Positions 35,361 to 47,273 of a stretch of DNA of 64,000 bases are shown here, piece after piece. The DNA is taken from positions 1-64,000 of the forward strand of contig JBEUKZ010000045.1 in NCBI GenBank assembly GCA_048128005.1. The letters are read 5' to 3'. A program made the position numbers and the translations under genes. This DNA comes from Veleropilina oligotropha (lineage: Eukaryota). The notes below the pieces were generated by a model, which saw only the letters and a list, made by a program, of their open reading frames with translations, had not been told where the DNA came from and did no database searches. Position 1 is the stretch's first letter. Every line of letters begins with the position of its first letter.

Positions 35361-36409
35361 GAAACTGGACGAAAGGAGCATCATTAATTCACTGATAACA
35401 ATGGACAATATGCATTAACTGTGGATAAGGTAAGATATTTCAGTCATATATATATGTATTCGGAACTCATAAAACATCCGTTATTAAGAGTGTCAGTACA
35501 TCAAGGAACAGCTACTGTATACTGTATTTCTTTGTTAAACAGCAAACATATAAATTACTCGGTATCATTCATGACGGATAACTGATACTTCCCAAATCTG
35601 AATTAGTTACGATATCAACACTAACCTAGATTGCATATCGGAATTCTCAGGCGATATAGCGCCATTTTGACCAGTAAGTTCTCTATGATCAGAATAATTA
35701 ATATCTGTAGTATATCATCGTATTTGACTGTATCAGTAAAAATATATCTATATAGTTTTGTATATATTTCCCTAGGTAAAAACCACCGACGCCATATATA
35801 TATATATATATAAAACTAACGTTTCTTTTCCAGAAACCGGCCGAGGTGCGTGGGTTTCACCGGATTTCCTCCCACCGTAATACGGAATAGTCTCGATATA
35901 GCCCGAATGGTGCATTAAATGGGCCGAAAAATAGCCAGAATTATTATGATTGATCGAGAAACTGACACAAAGGACCGAACAATATGCAGTAACGTTTTAC
36001 ATGGATTACCTCGATATTTTGGAATATTAAGTACAATGGAGTGCAATCGGATCGTGTAAATACTGGATGAATGGAAGGTAAGATATTTACAATATTGTCA
36101 GTTATAGTGTAACTCATTGAATAAACCGGTGATAATGACCAAAAACACATGGAAGAAATATAATATTTAATAAAGCATGTAGAAATCTACTAATTATATA
36201 TCTATCTAAATACATATAAAATGTGAACAGTTTAAATTTATGGTATGCGTATATTTGATCACAGCCATGGTAATGTCGTCTCCTAGCCAGCATAACGCAT
36301 GCACTTATATTCGGATATAAAGACGCTCCATATTGTCCTTTTTTATTATTAAAATAATTATATACAGTGATAGATAGTTTATATAATGTGTAATCCATTT
36401 TTTTTTATG

Positions 36410-36414
<5 letters not shown>

Positions 36415-36465
<51 letters not shown>

Positions 36466-36472
36466 CTATATA
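36415..36472. repeat. (TA)n microsatellite inside Polinton B
   Basis: TA run. Confidence 0.9.
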
Positions 36473-37705
36473 TGTATTGTTTTTAATGGTACACATTTAT
36501 TCACAGATTAATAAACATGCAATATCGCCATAATGTGTTATTCAATTATCTTAAAAATAAAATTAAATAACTGAAGATTCAGTATTATTGTAGGAACTTA
36601 GTTAGTTTAAACAATATATATTGACGAAACAACACAAACAAACAATTCTTCTGATAGTACAAAAAAGACTATAAAGCGTATAAATAAATATCTTATTACT
36701 AATTATAATAAAGGCTTGTATCTCCAAATTGGTTGTGTTTAAGCTTGCAAATGTGAGTTGTATTGTTATATTAATATTTACCCAATGCCACAATAATACG
36801 CAATCGTTGGAATATGTACATATTATCGTATAATACTTACGTCCCAGTATTCGTTATATATGTGCGTTTTGACAGTGAATATCAACAGCCGCCATGTTTT
36901 TTCTTTGTTTAAAAGCTCCAGTATTTTGGTAATTGCGCAGTGAATCATTAAATCCAGAACGCTTAAGAAATGCCATGTTAACCATTAAGATAACGAACAT
37001 TTGTTATAAATTTCAGTCGTATCATGCGGTAAAGTAAATCCATTATGTTTAAATCCAAATAAAATGACATCTTTCTGAAAACCCATATTTTGTACATTTA
37101 AAATGCATTCCTTATCAGTGCTTTCATTTCACATGTCGTCAGACCTGTCATGATATGGATGCCTGCATCCCATTAAGTCTGAGTGTTCCTGTATAACAAT
37201 GCGACACCTGTCTGCATTGATATGGACGCCTGCAGCGCATTAAGTCTGAGTGCTCTTGCATAACAAGGCGCCAACTGCCGGCATGTTAATTACAAGAGGG
37301 CATTGCTATAGGCAATGTGGTTAATTTAATGTAATTAATTCTACATCAGACAGCTTGTGTATCTCAGCTAAGTGGAAATAATAATTACAGACATCTAAAC
37401 GTAAATAGCGTTTTAAAATTATGATATAAATGTCCCTTATATACACATACAGGATATACATATATTTAGTTTAATAAAAATAATATTCAGTTACATGTGC
37501 GAATATCATCACTAACCTCCAGATAGCTGTCATAAATATTATAATAATAATAATTATGAATATATATATTATATAGACACACATACATGAATCCAATATT
37601 ATAATAATATACTATTTTATATCTAACACCTATCCGTATGTATGTAAGAACATTATATTGCATAAATAAGTGTAATAATCTTCATTATAACCGTACTCAC
37701 ACATG

Positions 37706-37707
<2 letters not shown>

Positions 37708-37780
<73 letters not shown>
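37708..37780. repeat. (TA)n microsatellite inside Polinton B
   Basis: TA run. Confidence 0.9.
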
Positions 37781-37783
<3 letters not shown>

Positions 37784-38383
37784 ATCGCAAATCTTGTCTG
37801 TCAATATTATTTCATATGTGACTACAAGCATGTATTTGTTTAATAAATATGAATGAATATATTTTATAAAAATAATTTCAGAGAGATAATCACTTGTTAG
37901 CCCTAATTGACCGAAATAGTGTCCCGTCTGCGTGTCGGACAAAGGGCTGTCATTGTAATACATTATTGTACTATTGCTAGTATATAGGGCCGGCAAGAGT
38001 TATGCCCCCTAGACCATGAAGTATGTCTGATGTAGATGTTTTGATTGCGCATGACTAGTGAATAAAGCACTTCCGTTTACCTCATGGCGTGTTGTAAGTC
38101 ACATATATTACAGTCATGATGAATGGCATAGATGGGACTGTGTGTGACAGCCATACTATCAAATCAGGCCTTTCATTATAAATAGGCTTCAACTACGGAA
38201 GCACATGATGGACAGATAGTCTTTTTCTCTGTGTAATGTACTTCATATGGACACATGAACAATATAAAGAACAGAATGTTTTAAAAATTTATTTTAGATA
38301 TTACATATATATATATGTATAATCCATGATAAATAATTCTTCATCGGCACATATGCTATGCTGTCCAGCATATAACTTTATAT

Positions 38384-38873
38384 ATAAATATTCATCATGT
38401 CATGTTATATCTTGGCAATTGTATATGAAAAGCAAAATTAATCTATATTATTTAATAACAGTAAATAATAAATAGCTCCTTTAATTCCAGTATTTTCATA
38501 TGGTGAATAATAAACATTATCGTGTATATTTATTTTAGTTTTGGGGGAAAGTAACTGGAAGGCTTTGACGATAAATGACCACCTCATGACAAGCGCATTT
38601 ATGATTATATTATTGCTATAATTATAATTATAAATATTCATCATGTCATGTTATATCTTGGCAATTGTATATGAAAAGCAAAATTAATCTATATTATTTA
38701 ATAACAGTAAATAATAAATAGCTCCTTTAATTCCAGTATTTTCATATGGTGAATAATAAACGTTATCGTGTATATTTATTTTTGGGGGGAAAGTAACTGG
38801 AAGGCTTTGATGATAAATGACCACCTCATGACAAGCGCATTTATGATTATATTATTGCTATAATTATAATATT
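38384..38873 (+). repeat. ~245-bp near-identical tandem duplication
   Basis: ataaatattcatcatgtcatgttatatcttggc...attgctataattataatta occurs twice. Confidence 0.85.
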
Positions 38874-39069
38874 ATGCTTCACTCAAAAAGGTCAGTTAAA
38901 AATTATCTAAGGGTCAGTTCGTAATATATCGAATTCCATGCCCTGAATTATATATCCGAGTGGTCTCTGCACTGTACTTGCGGTTGTAGATAATTCACCG
39001 GTTAATCTGCACATGTATAGTTCGAAATTAAATGCAAATTATGACATGTAATGTTTTATTTTCTTATAG

Positions 39070-42000
39070 ATGGATTTGGTTGAACGGCTTGCGTCGGTAA
39101 CAGACGTCAGTGAATTACGAGAATTCGCAACATTATGGGGTTTAGAGCAAGATCCGAGAATCGTAGCGAGACTTCATGAACTTAACTGGGATTCAATCCG
39201 CGATGAAATTTTTAATGATAACACATCTTTTAGTAATTCAGTATCCATAACCGAATCATTACTAGATTTTGTAACTGATTTTCCGGGCACCCATGAAATT
39301 GAACAGGAAATAAATGAAACCCCCTCTGCGAAAAGACGAAAGTTAAATGATGATCGTGATTTAAATGCGGATGAAGAAGAGTTTCCAAGCAGTCAGGAAA
39401 TATTAGAAAGTTTCACTGATGTCGATCATTTACTCGAATATGGTCGATGCATGGACACATCCACGAAACTAAGCGTCAACGATCGAGTATTCGATTTGAT
39501 GTGTGATGACGATTCGGATATGCAGTATGGGGCGGGTACTGATAAGCCGTACGATATACAGCAAATAGGTTTTCGCACTTTCAAAACAAATGGCGCCCAT
39601 GAAATCACGTACAAAGTGAATTTAGATCCTGCGTTTTGGCAAGAAAAACGATTACTGGATATTAACTCAGATCTCCATATCATGTTTGAAGAATTGCTAG
39701 ACAGTGCAAAGCAAGGTACTTCCCCACACGACGTAGGTCGTGTGATTATTACTCACCCTTCATTAAATGATGATGTTGTAATTCCATTACAACCCGTGGA
39801 AGATTTAACAAATAAGTCTGTGATTGAATATTTGGAAAAGATCCTTCAGAGCTATGAGGACCTCTCAATTCAGGAGGGGTTTCAAATCAGCATTGGTATA
39901 ATTTTCCGACCTGTAGGATCTGGAAGAAGCTACATCACCGATGTTGACGAGGGAATACGACTTAAAAAGTCCATTATAGAAATCGTAAATAATGACACTT
40001 TATGTTTACCACGCTCCATAGCAGTCAGCTGGTCCTCAGCAAATAAGATTTCAGACGGGGAATTTGATGAGTTGGTAAAACATCTGTCCCACTTAGATCT
40101 GCTTGATCAAATACTTCAAGTGGGAAAAGTACCGAATCGGTACTATCAGATTGTGAGGAAGCCAGAACGACTAACACAGAAACAGTTTGCATTAAAACTT
40201 TGCGCAATGGCAGACGTACCCACAGATCAGCCATTGGGATTACACCATGTAGATGCTTTTGCAGACGTCTTAAACTGCAATATTAATGTCTTAGGTTCGC
40301 GTATTTCAAATAAATTTTTGAAAGTTTCGGATAATAAGAACAGAAAGAACATATATATTTATCTTGTTCACGATGAGTCATGTAATGAAATAGGACATTT
40401 TCACTCAATCACGAAAATCACAGGGTTCTTAAACAGCTCATATTTTTGCGAGACATGTATGAAAGCCTTTTCGAGTCGTGCTAAGCACTCATGCACTGGG
40501 AATTGTATGGTATGCAAGAGTGGGTTATGTACCGAAACCGATTTTGAAAGGTCGTGCATCAAGTGCCACATGACTTGCCGCTCGGAAGCCTGTTTTGATC
40601 GACACCGACAGGAGAAAAGGTATACGAAAGGCAAGAGAAAGGGTGAACTCATTGCGTGTTCTCAGTGCCTTGCATGGCATAAGTGTAAGTTGTGTTTTGC
40701 TGTCATTAATCTTGCGAAGCGTAAACTTGATGAACATGTTTGTGGTGATCAATTGTGTAGAAATTGTGATACATACGTAGCTGATGACCATCAATGTTAT
40801 GTTAGATCGAAAAAGCAATCGAAAGATGACAAAATCAGAAAATTCATTTTTTTTGACTTTGAATGTCAACAAGATGAGATGTTTGAGTGTCCCTCTGGTC
40901 ATGCCCCAAATGATAATGGTTGCTCAAATTGTACAGATTCACTTTGTGGAAAAACAACACATATTCCAAATTTTGTAGTGGCTCAGACTGCATGTGACAA
41001 TTGCCAGAACGATGATGAGTTAAATCCAGAATCGACATGTGATACCTGTGGTTCACGGTGTGGCGTTTGTGGTGATAAGAAGTTTAAAGGTCCACCTTGT
41101 CCCAATAGGTGTGGTAAAAGAGAAATCATATTCAAGGGCGATGACACTGCCTGTAAATTTGGCAAATGGCTGTTCAATCATTCACATAAAAACACAACAG
41201 TTATAGCGCATAATTTTCGCGGATATGACGGATATTTTCTGTTAGAGTATTTAATAAATCAGAGTATGCGTCCTGATAAGATCATTTACAACGGTTCGAA
41301 AATTATGTACATGTCTGTCGGTAGGGGCTTAAATATTCGATTGATTGACAGTCTCAATTTTCTCCCCATGAAATTATCTGCCCTGCCCAAGGCGTTTGGT
41401 TTCAATGAGCTGAAGAAGGGTTATTTCCCACATTTTCAAAATACACGAGAGAATCAACGATACGTGGGTCCCCTTCCAGAACCAAAATTCTACGGTTGTA
41501 ACTCTATGTCTTCGACTGAGCGGACTGACTTTATGACTTGGTACGACGACCATAAGAATGACAAATTTGACTTTGCCAAGGAAATGCTGGAATATTGTAG
41601 AAGCGACGTTGACATTCTGAGACAGACATGTTTGAAATTCCGTGACTTGTTGGGTGCTGCAACGGGTCGAGACCCTTTTGATTACACGACCATTGCTTCA
41701 GCTTGCATGGGCATTTTCATGTCAAAATTCTTAGAAGAAGAATGGCGCGTGAAATTAACTGACGACTGGGTGCCCGCCAAGAAAGTAGATGGTCATTTGA
41801 GTGCCTTTATTGATGGTAAATGGACGTCAGATTTTCCTGAGGGTACTGAGAGCGAATTTGTGAAAACACCATTCCCTCTGATAACCAATGACATTGTCAA
41901 GGACCAGTTTAGCAGAGTTTCTATTCTGTGGATTGAATGGGTCGCACATTTGAAAAAAATTTCCATAAAACACGCACTGAATGGTGGTGAACACAAAATC

Positions 42001-43641
42001 CCTGGAACACGCTACAAGGTAGACGGATTTGCGAATAACACTGTGTATGAATTTCAAGGATGTTTTTTTCACAGCTGCCCCCGGTGTTATCCAAACGATC
42101 GTGACGTAAAACATGCACGCACTGACCGTAGTCATAACGAACGATATGCTGCGACCTTGAAGAAGGAGACCATCCTAAAAAAACTTGGAATGAAATACGT
42201 TTCTGTCTGGGAACATCAATTTCGAAATGAACTGAAATCAAATGTCAAATTACAAGAGTTCGTTGAATCTCTGGACTTGGTAGACCGACTTCAACCACGT
42301 GACAGTTTCTTTGGGGGACGTACCAATGCGTGTAGACTGCATTACAAAGTGACCGACAACGAGAAAATTAAGTACGTCGATTTCACTTCTTTGTACCCCT
42401 ATGTCAATAAATATGCCCGGTACCCGGTGGGTCACCCCGAAATTATCAATCGTGACTTTAAAAACCTTGACCAGTATTTTGGGATCGCTAAAGTTTTAAT
42501 TTTGCCACCCAAGGGTCTATACCATCCGGTTTTGCCTTATAAGTCCAATGGAAAATTAAAATTTCCCTTATGCAGGACATGTGCCGACAAAGAACAACAG
42601 TCGCCTTGTTTGTGTAGTGATGACGAGCGTTCCATCGTAGGAACATGGTGTACCCCAGAACTGATGAAGGCCGCCAGTATGGGTTATCAAATCAAGAAAA
42701 TTTATGAAATCTATCACTGGAATGAGACAACCGTCTACGATCCCTCGACAGGAAATGGTGGCCTATTCGCCGGTTACATCAATACCTTTTTGAAATTGAA
42801 ACAAGAAGCCAGTGGATTTCCTAAATGGGTTAAATCCTCTGAGGACGTCAAACGTTACATTGACAATTATGCGAAGAATGAACACATTGACCTGGACGAA
42901 TCCAACATTAAAAAAAATCCTGGTTTGAGATCAATTTCAAAGCTTTGCCTGAATAGCTTTTGGGGAAAGTTTGGTCAGCGTCTTAATTACAAACAGACCG
43001 ACATTATACACGAGAGCGAGATTGAGAAATTCTTTCAAATTTTGTCTGATCCCAGCAAAGTAGTTCAGGATTTTCACATTGTCGCTGAGGATATGATTCA
43101 ATTGGAGTACATTCGATCAGAAACTGACATCCCCGACAATGACAGGGCAAATATTTACATCGCAACATTTACGACCTGTTGGGCGAGATTAAAACTGTAT
43201 GACGTATTAGATCGATTGAACAGACAGGTCCTGTATTATGACACCGATTCAGTGATTTACGTGACCGGACCTGGACAAATAGACATGCCCTTGGGAGATT
43301 ATTTAGGTGAATTGACAAACGAACTCGAAGACGAGGACTACATCGTAGAGTTTATATCCGGTGGGCCTAAGAATTATGCTTATCGAACGAATACTGACAA
43401 GGAAACCTGTAAAGTTCGTGGTTTCTCATTGAATTACACAAATTCAAAACTGGTCAATTTTGAGTCTATCAAAGAAATTGTCACCAATTCTCACGGTTAC
43501 ATAATCACAAATTCCAGTAAAATTTGCCGAAACAAGTTGAAACGTAAACTTTATAACCGTGACGAAAATAAAAAATATCGCATGGTCTACACTAAAAGGG
43601 CTATCTTAAACGATTTGAACACCTTACCCTATGGTTATTAA
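39070..43641 (+). CDS. Protein-primed family B DNA polymerase (pPolB)
   Basis: 1523 aa. vOTU-like NDTLC...GHFH; exonuclease FFDFE, AHNFRGYDG, YCRSDV; polymerase YVDFTSLYP, KLCLNSFWGKFGQ, YYDTDS. Confidence 0.98.
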   Translation: MDLVERLASVTDVSELREFATLWGLEQDPRIVARLHELNWDSIRDEIFNDNTSFSNSVSITESLLDFVTDFPGTHEIEQEINETPSAKRRKLNDDRDLNADEEEFPSSQEILESFTDVDHLLEYGRCMDTSTKLSVNDRVFDLMCDDDSDMQYGAGTDKPYDIQQIGFRTFKTNGAHEITYKVNLDPAFWQEKRLLDINSDLHIMFEELLDSAKQGTSPHDVGRVIITHPSLNDDVVIPLQPVEDLTNKSVIEYLEKILQSYEDLSIQEGFQISIGIIFRPVGSGRSYITDVDEGIRLKKSIIEIVNNDTLCLPRSIAVSWSSANKISDGEFDELVKHLSHLDLLDQILQVGKVPNRYYQIVRKPERLTQKQFALKLCAMADVPTDQPLGLHHVDAFADVLNCNINVLGSRISNKFLKVSDNKNRKNIYIYLVHDESCNEIGHFHSITKITGFLNSSYFCETCMKAFSSRAKHSCTGNCMVCKSGLCTETDFERSCIKCHMTCRSEACFDRHRQEKRYTKGKRKGELIACSQCLAWHKCKLCFAVINLAKRKLDEHVCGDQLCRNCDTYVADDHQCYVRSKKQSKDDKIRKFIFFDFECQQDEMFECPSGHAPNDNGCSNCTDSLCGKTTHIPNFVVAQTACDNCQNDDELNPESTCDTCGSRCGVCGDKKFKGPPCPNRCGKREIIFKGDDTACKFGKWLFNHSHKNTTVIAHNFRGYDGYFLLEYLINQSMRPDKIIYNGSKIMYMSVGRGLNIRLIDSLNFLPMKLSALPKAFGFNELKKGYFPHFQNTRENQRYVGPLPEPKFYGCNSMSSTERTDFMTWYDDHKNDKFDFAKEMLEYCRSDVDILRQTCLKFRDLLGAATGRDPFDYTTIASACMGIFMSKFLEEEWRVKLTDDWVPAKKVDGHLSAFIDGKWTSDFPEGTESEFVKTPFPLITNDIVKDQFSRVSILWIEWVAHLKKISIKHALNGGEHKIPGTRYKVDGFANNTVYEFQGCFFHSCPRCYPNDRDVKHARTDRSHNERYAATLKKETILKKLGMKYVSVWEHQFRNELKSNVKLQEFVESLDLVDRLQPRDSFFGGRTNACRLHYKVTDNEKIKYVDFTSLYPYVNKYARYPVGHPEIINRDFKNLDQYFGIAKVLILPPKGLYHPVLPYKSNGKLKFPLCRTCADKEQQSPCLCSDDERSIVGTWCTPELMKAASMGYQIKKIYEIYHWNETTVYDPSTGNGGLFAGYINTFLKLKQEASGFPKWVKSSEDVKRYIDNYAKNEHIDLDESNIKKNPGLRSISKLCLNSFWGKFGQRLNYKQTDIIHESEIEKFFQILSDPSKVVQDFHIVAEDMIQLEYIRSETDIPDNDRANIYIATFTTCWARLKLYDVLDRLNRQVLYYDTDSVIYVTGPGQIDMPLGDYLGELTNELEDEDYIVEFISGGPKNYAYRTNTDKETCKVRGFSLNYTNSKLVNFESIKEIVTNSHGYIITNSSKICRNKLKRKLYNRDENKKYRMVYTKRAILNDLNTLPYGY

Positions 43642-44222
43642 ATGTCATTTGTAGATTTGTGAGATAATAATGTACATATTTTATGCATTTGATAAAATTT
43701 TGTTTAAATTATTCGAGTCTAGATAAATAATGTCTAATTTATCTCTCGAGAGAGTTTTTTATGTACATTATTTTTGTCCAACGAATAAATCTTGAAGAAT
43801 ATTTTTAAGTTGAAGAATTTTTTATGTCGTATATTCATAATTCAATGCTATTTCAATACGATTAATTTCTTGGCATTTGATAAAATAATCTCTAATTTAT
43901 CTATGTCCGAGAGTTTTTATTAACATTTTTTTTGTCCAACGAATAAATCTTGAAGAATAATTTCTCTCGAGGAAAAAAATTGTTTAAATTATTTGTATTT
44001 ATGAAAATATTCTAGTATATTTTTATTTCTGTGAGAAATATTGTGACTTATTTTCATGTCAGAGAGAAATAATATAGAAAAATTTGTCTCCTGAGTAGAT
44101 ATTGTAGTATATTTTTATGTCTGTGAGCATTCTTGTATGAATAATATTTTATTGATAATGACATTGGATGTTATAACGAGCTTCAATAAAATTGTACACA
44201 TATTTTTATTCAGAGTTGTACA

Positions 44223-44450
44223 TTAATAGGGTAGCCATTGGAATGTCTCTTGTCGTTTTCCTGGTGGTCCAGCTATCAATTTTCCCGGTATGCCACCATT
44301 GCCATCAATTCCGTCGATCAATTTAACGACGTCTGGATGATTATCAGTACGTTGGTCCTTTGATGGTATAACCGATGTTGACACGATGTTTGATCCTCTG
44401 AGTAAGGCATCGTATTTCTCTTTAGGCACTAAGATGAATTCCTTAGCCAT
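44223..44450 (-). CDS. Small Polinton hypothetical protein
   Basis: MAKEFILVPKEKY...W pattern; overlaps the upstream ORF. Confidence 0.6.
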   Translation of the reverse strand: MAKEFILVPKEKYDALLRGSNIVSTSVIPSKDQRTDNHPDVVKLIDGIDGNGGIPGKLIAGPPGKRQETFQWLPY

Positions 44451-44757
44451 TGAGTAATGAGATGACTGGTTTTAACAATAATCGTATCACCGCAGTATGT
44501 TTCAATAAGACTTTTTTCTTCGTCTCGTAACTTTCACCTCGGCTGGATAAAAGTAAAATGATATATTTATAAGGCCGTATCTTATTTATATCAGATGAAC
44601 TCAACTTAACGTTTCCTTTCAAAATATTTAAAGCCACTTGAGATAAAGCTTTTAGTTGTCCTGCAGATATGTATTCGATTAACGCTTTTCGTTGCCTAGG
44701 GTTACAATCATGCAATATCTTCAGGAATGCGGACTGACTTCTGATCGTATCCGACAT
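44443..44757 (-). CDS. Small conserved Polinton helical protein
   Basis: LKIL..RKALI...QLKALSQVALNILKGNV pattern typical of small Polinton ORFs. Confidence 0.75.
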   Translation of the reverse strand: MSDTIRSQSAFLKILHDCNPRQRKALIEYISAGQLKALSQVALNILKGNVKLSSSDINKIRPYKYIILLLSSRGESYETKKKVLLKHTAVIRLLLKPVISLLNG

Positions 44758-44796
44758 CGCGTCACTAATGAGATGTAATGATACAGTGAGCTGCTT

Positions 44797-45471
44797 TTAT
44801 ATCGGGCGATAAATAATGCAATCTTCACCAGGGAATATGAGAGTGCGTAATTGATACGTCTTGTCCGTGTGAGGTGATAAATCTATCAGGAGATATCCAT
44901 ACTTGGATGACGTAGATTTATCATATGCATTTTTTAAAAAAGCAGATTCACCCGGCAAAATCTGAGCTCCAAATGAAATTATCTGCTTGTTATCTCGGTA
45001 ATTGCGAAATATGACGAAATAAGTGCAATTTAATGATATACTTCGAGCGTATTTGCCTGGAGGGTACAGATTTTGAGTCAAAAAGATGCACGTGATATTA
45101 CGATGATGTGACGTCACAGTAAATAAGTGGACGCATTCTTCTGATTGAGCAATACGTAGCATCATGTCATCCAATACCAAAATCATGTGACCACTGTTTT
45201 CGGAATAGGATTCGATATCATCTTTTGTGGGTAAGCCATGATGAAATATAACATTTTTCATGTCATCGTACAGGGATTGATATTCTGAATAGGCATATAC
45301 TATCTTGGTGGGTGGTGTCATAAACATGTCGTGTTCGAGCAAGCGCTTGGTAAAGTAAGTTTTACCCGACTGCGTGCACCCACTTATCAAAATTGTACAT
45401 GGCGACGTAAATTTCAACAGACACGTCATCTTTGATGGATCGTCTATAAATGACTGTAGGATTGCATGCAT
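44797..45471 (-). CDS. Packaging ATPase (A32/FtsK-like)
   Basis: GCTQSGKT, LVLDDM, SHHRN, FLTQN, YGYLLIDL. Confidence 0.96.
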   Translation of the reverse strand: MHAILQSFIDDPSKMTCLLKFTSPCTILISGCTQSGKTYFTKRLLEHDMFMTPPTKIVYAYSEYQSLYDDMKNVIFHHGLPTKDDIESYSENSGHMILVLDDMMLRIAQSEECVHLFTVTSHHRNITCIFLTQNLYPPGKYARSISLNCTYFVIFRNYRDNKQIISFGAQILPGESAFLKNAYDKSTSSKYGYLLIDLSPHTDKTYQLRTLIFPGEDCIIYRPI

Positions 45472-45513
45472 GCGCTTTTGAACAACAAAATCGGATGGAT
45501 TTTACATTTTTTA

Positions 45514-45969
45514 TTACACAAATATTGAATGAGCAAATGCTAGTACAATTTCATCATTTTGCATAAGATCTAGAGTAAAATCACTACACATGTCATCTAA
45601 GGATACGTGAAAACACATTCGCATTACAATAAAGTACAATACGTATAAACCACAATAACTAGAATAATAAGATTGAATACAATTTCTTATCCACGAATAA
45701 TTTCTCGCATTTCTCACGATAAACGATTTCAAACCGTATTGTTCTGGTGGTTCCCCTAAACTGTCCATGAATTCGGCATTCCATTCGTTTAAGAAAAGGA
45801 TGGCTACCCAATGTTTCCCTGGTCCTGGTAATGGATCCGTATTCACGATGTAGGCACTAGGGTATTCCACGACGCGTAGGGGTAATGTATTAATCGCAAA
45901 AACACCCCTAGTTACATCGCTTAAACATGGGTAGCTTCTTATGACATGTTTTAATTGATAACCGTTCAT
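45514..45969 (-). CDS. Adenain-like cysteine maturation protease
   Basis: IVNTD..GKHWVA, FMDSLG, IQ...CGLY catalytic pattern; ATG overlaps the MCP stop (ATGA). Confidence 0.95.
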   Translation of the reverse strand: MNGYQLKHVIRSYPCLSDVTRGVFAINTLPLRVVEYPSAYIVNTDPLPGPGKHWVAILFLNEWNAEFMDSLGEPPEQYGLKSFIVRNARNYSWIRNCIQSYYSSYCGLYVLYFIVMRMCFHVSLDDMCSDFTLDLMQNDEIVLAFAHSIFV

Positions 45970-47273
45970 GGTTGAATGTATGTCACGTTGTGTACTCGAT
46001 CGATTTCGATAAGTGCTGGAAATGTAGCCACTGCAACGCAACTGATGGCCTCCGTCGTCGCTGTTTGGAATCTCATGGTCAATCTGGTATTTCCATGCTG
46101 TATCAAATTGATATACCTACTTCCCAGGTCGCATGGGTCCAAAGTGAATACGAACAGTGTATATCCGGTTGCATAATCATATTTATTAATATTAAGACCA
46201 GTGGTCAATCTGTCGCACTTGTCGAATAGATTAGCATAAGCCGATGCATTTTCAGAATGATTGTTAAAATTTAGTTTTAATGGTGGCCCAGGCACACTTT
46301 GTCCATTCACGTACAGTCCTACGTCCTGCACGTTAAAGTGTTGAAAATTAAACGGGTTTTTCTTATACGATCCATTGACCGCTGATTGACTAATCAATCC
46401 AATGACCAACTTAGATGGGCGTGCATTTGGAAACATATTATCCCAAAAGAACTCGCTTGATCCTTTGGCGATAGTGTTCATTTTCACTTCGGTTCTATCC
46501 AGGGGGTATTTAACCGTATCGTGTTCCAATTGCTTCATGTGATTCAACACTATACCTGGGTCGACTCGTATTTTAGACAATTTGTAGACTACATCGATTA
46601 ATTCGAGTTTATAGGCCGGTGAATCTTCATTGGACATCAACACGAATGGATTGCGGGATCTGAATAGTTTGATGCGAATATCTACTCCGTTCAACAAATA
46701 TTTATTCAAGGCAAATATATCCTCGTATAAGGGGGATTCCATTTCGAAAACTCTATTATCTTTGGTATAATCATAGCGCTTTAAGAGTCCTTGATTACCA
46801 CCTAATTCGGGGTCAGGATCATCCATATACACCGAATCTTTGAAGAATAACTGGCTTTGGAGATGCGAATTTTGTTCGTCGGATCCACTGGATAGTATAG
46901 TTTTGATATACGCTTTCCACGGATAATTAGTAGTATTCAAGGTCACCAATTTATTGTTCATGTATACGTCGATCTGTGACCACATCGATTGTAAAGGAAG
47001 GTTGATAATGCCCACTTTTTCATCTTTTATCAATGGTGTTCCATCAGCCTTTATAATTCTTGCCTTGACGTACAAACGACTACGTTTTAGATCGATATAA
47101 TCGGGTCCTTGACCTGTAATACTAAATTCGACTACTTCGCCATGAATGTTTGAAATAGGTCTCGATTCTGCATAATAAATATTCTCGATAGCAACCTGAT
47201 TGGAATAACTCTTAAACAAGTCTAATTCAGCTGGTACTTCAATATGTTGATTATTTTCGCTCAGAAACGCCAT
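45966..47273 (-). CDS. Major capsid protein (double jelly-roll), Polinton B
   Basis: ELDLF, YIDLKRSRLYVK, YPWKAYI, LLNGVDIRIKL, NPFNFQHF, GYTLFVFTL. Confidence 0.95.
   Translation of the reverse strand: MAFLSENNQHIEVPAELDLFKSYSNQVAIENIYYAESRPISNIHGEVVEFSITGQGPDYIDLKRSRLYVKARIIKADGTPLIKDEKVGIINLPLQSMWSQIDVYMNNKLVTLNTTNYPWKAYIKTILSSGSDEQNSHLQSQLFFKDSVYMDDPDPELGGNQGLLKRYDYTKDNRVFEMESPLYEDIFALNKYLLNGVDIRIKLFRSRNPFVLMSNEDSPAYKLELIDVVYKLSKIRVDPGIVLNHMKQLEHDTVKYPLDRTEVKMNTIAKGSSEFFWDNMFPNARPSKLVIGLISQSAVNGSYKKNPFNFQHFNVQDVGLYVNGQSVPGPPLKLNFNNHSENASAYANLFDKCDRLTTGLNINKYDYATGYTLFVFTLDPCDLGSRYINLIQHGNTRLTMRFQTATTEAISCVAVATFPALIEIDRVHNVTYIQP

Noticed and set aside
37638..37996. YIYIYI-containing ORFs
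   Set aside because: Translation of a (TA)n microsatellite.
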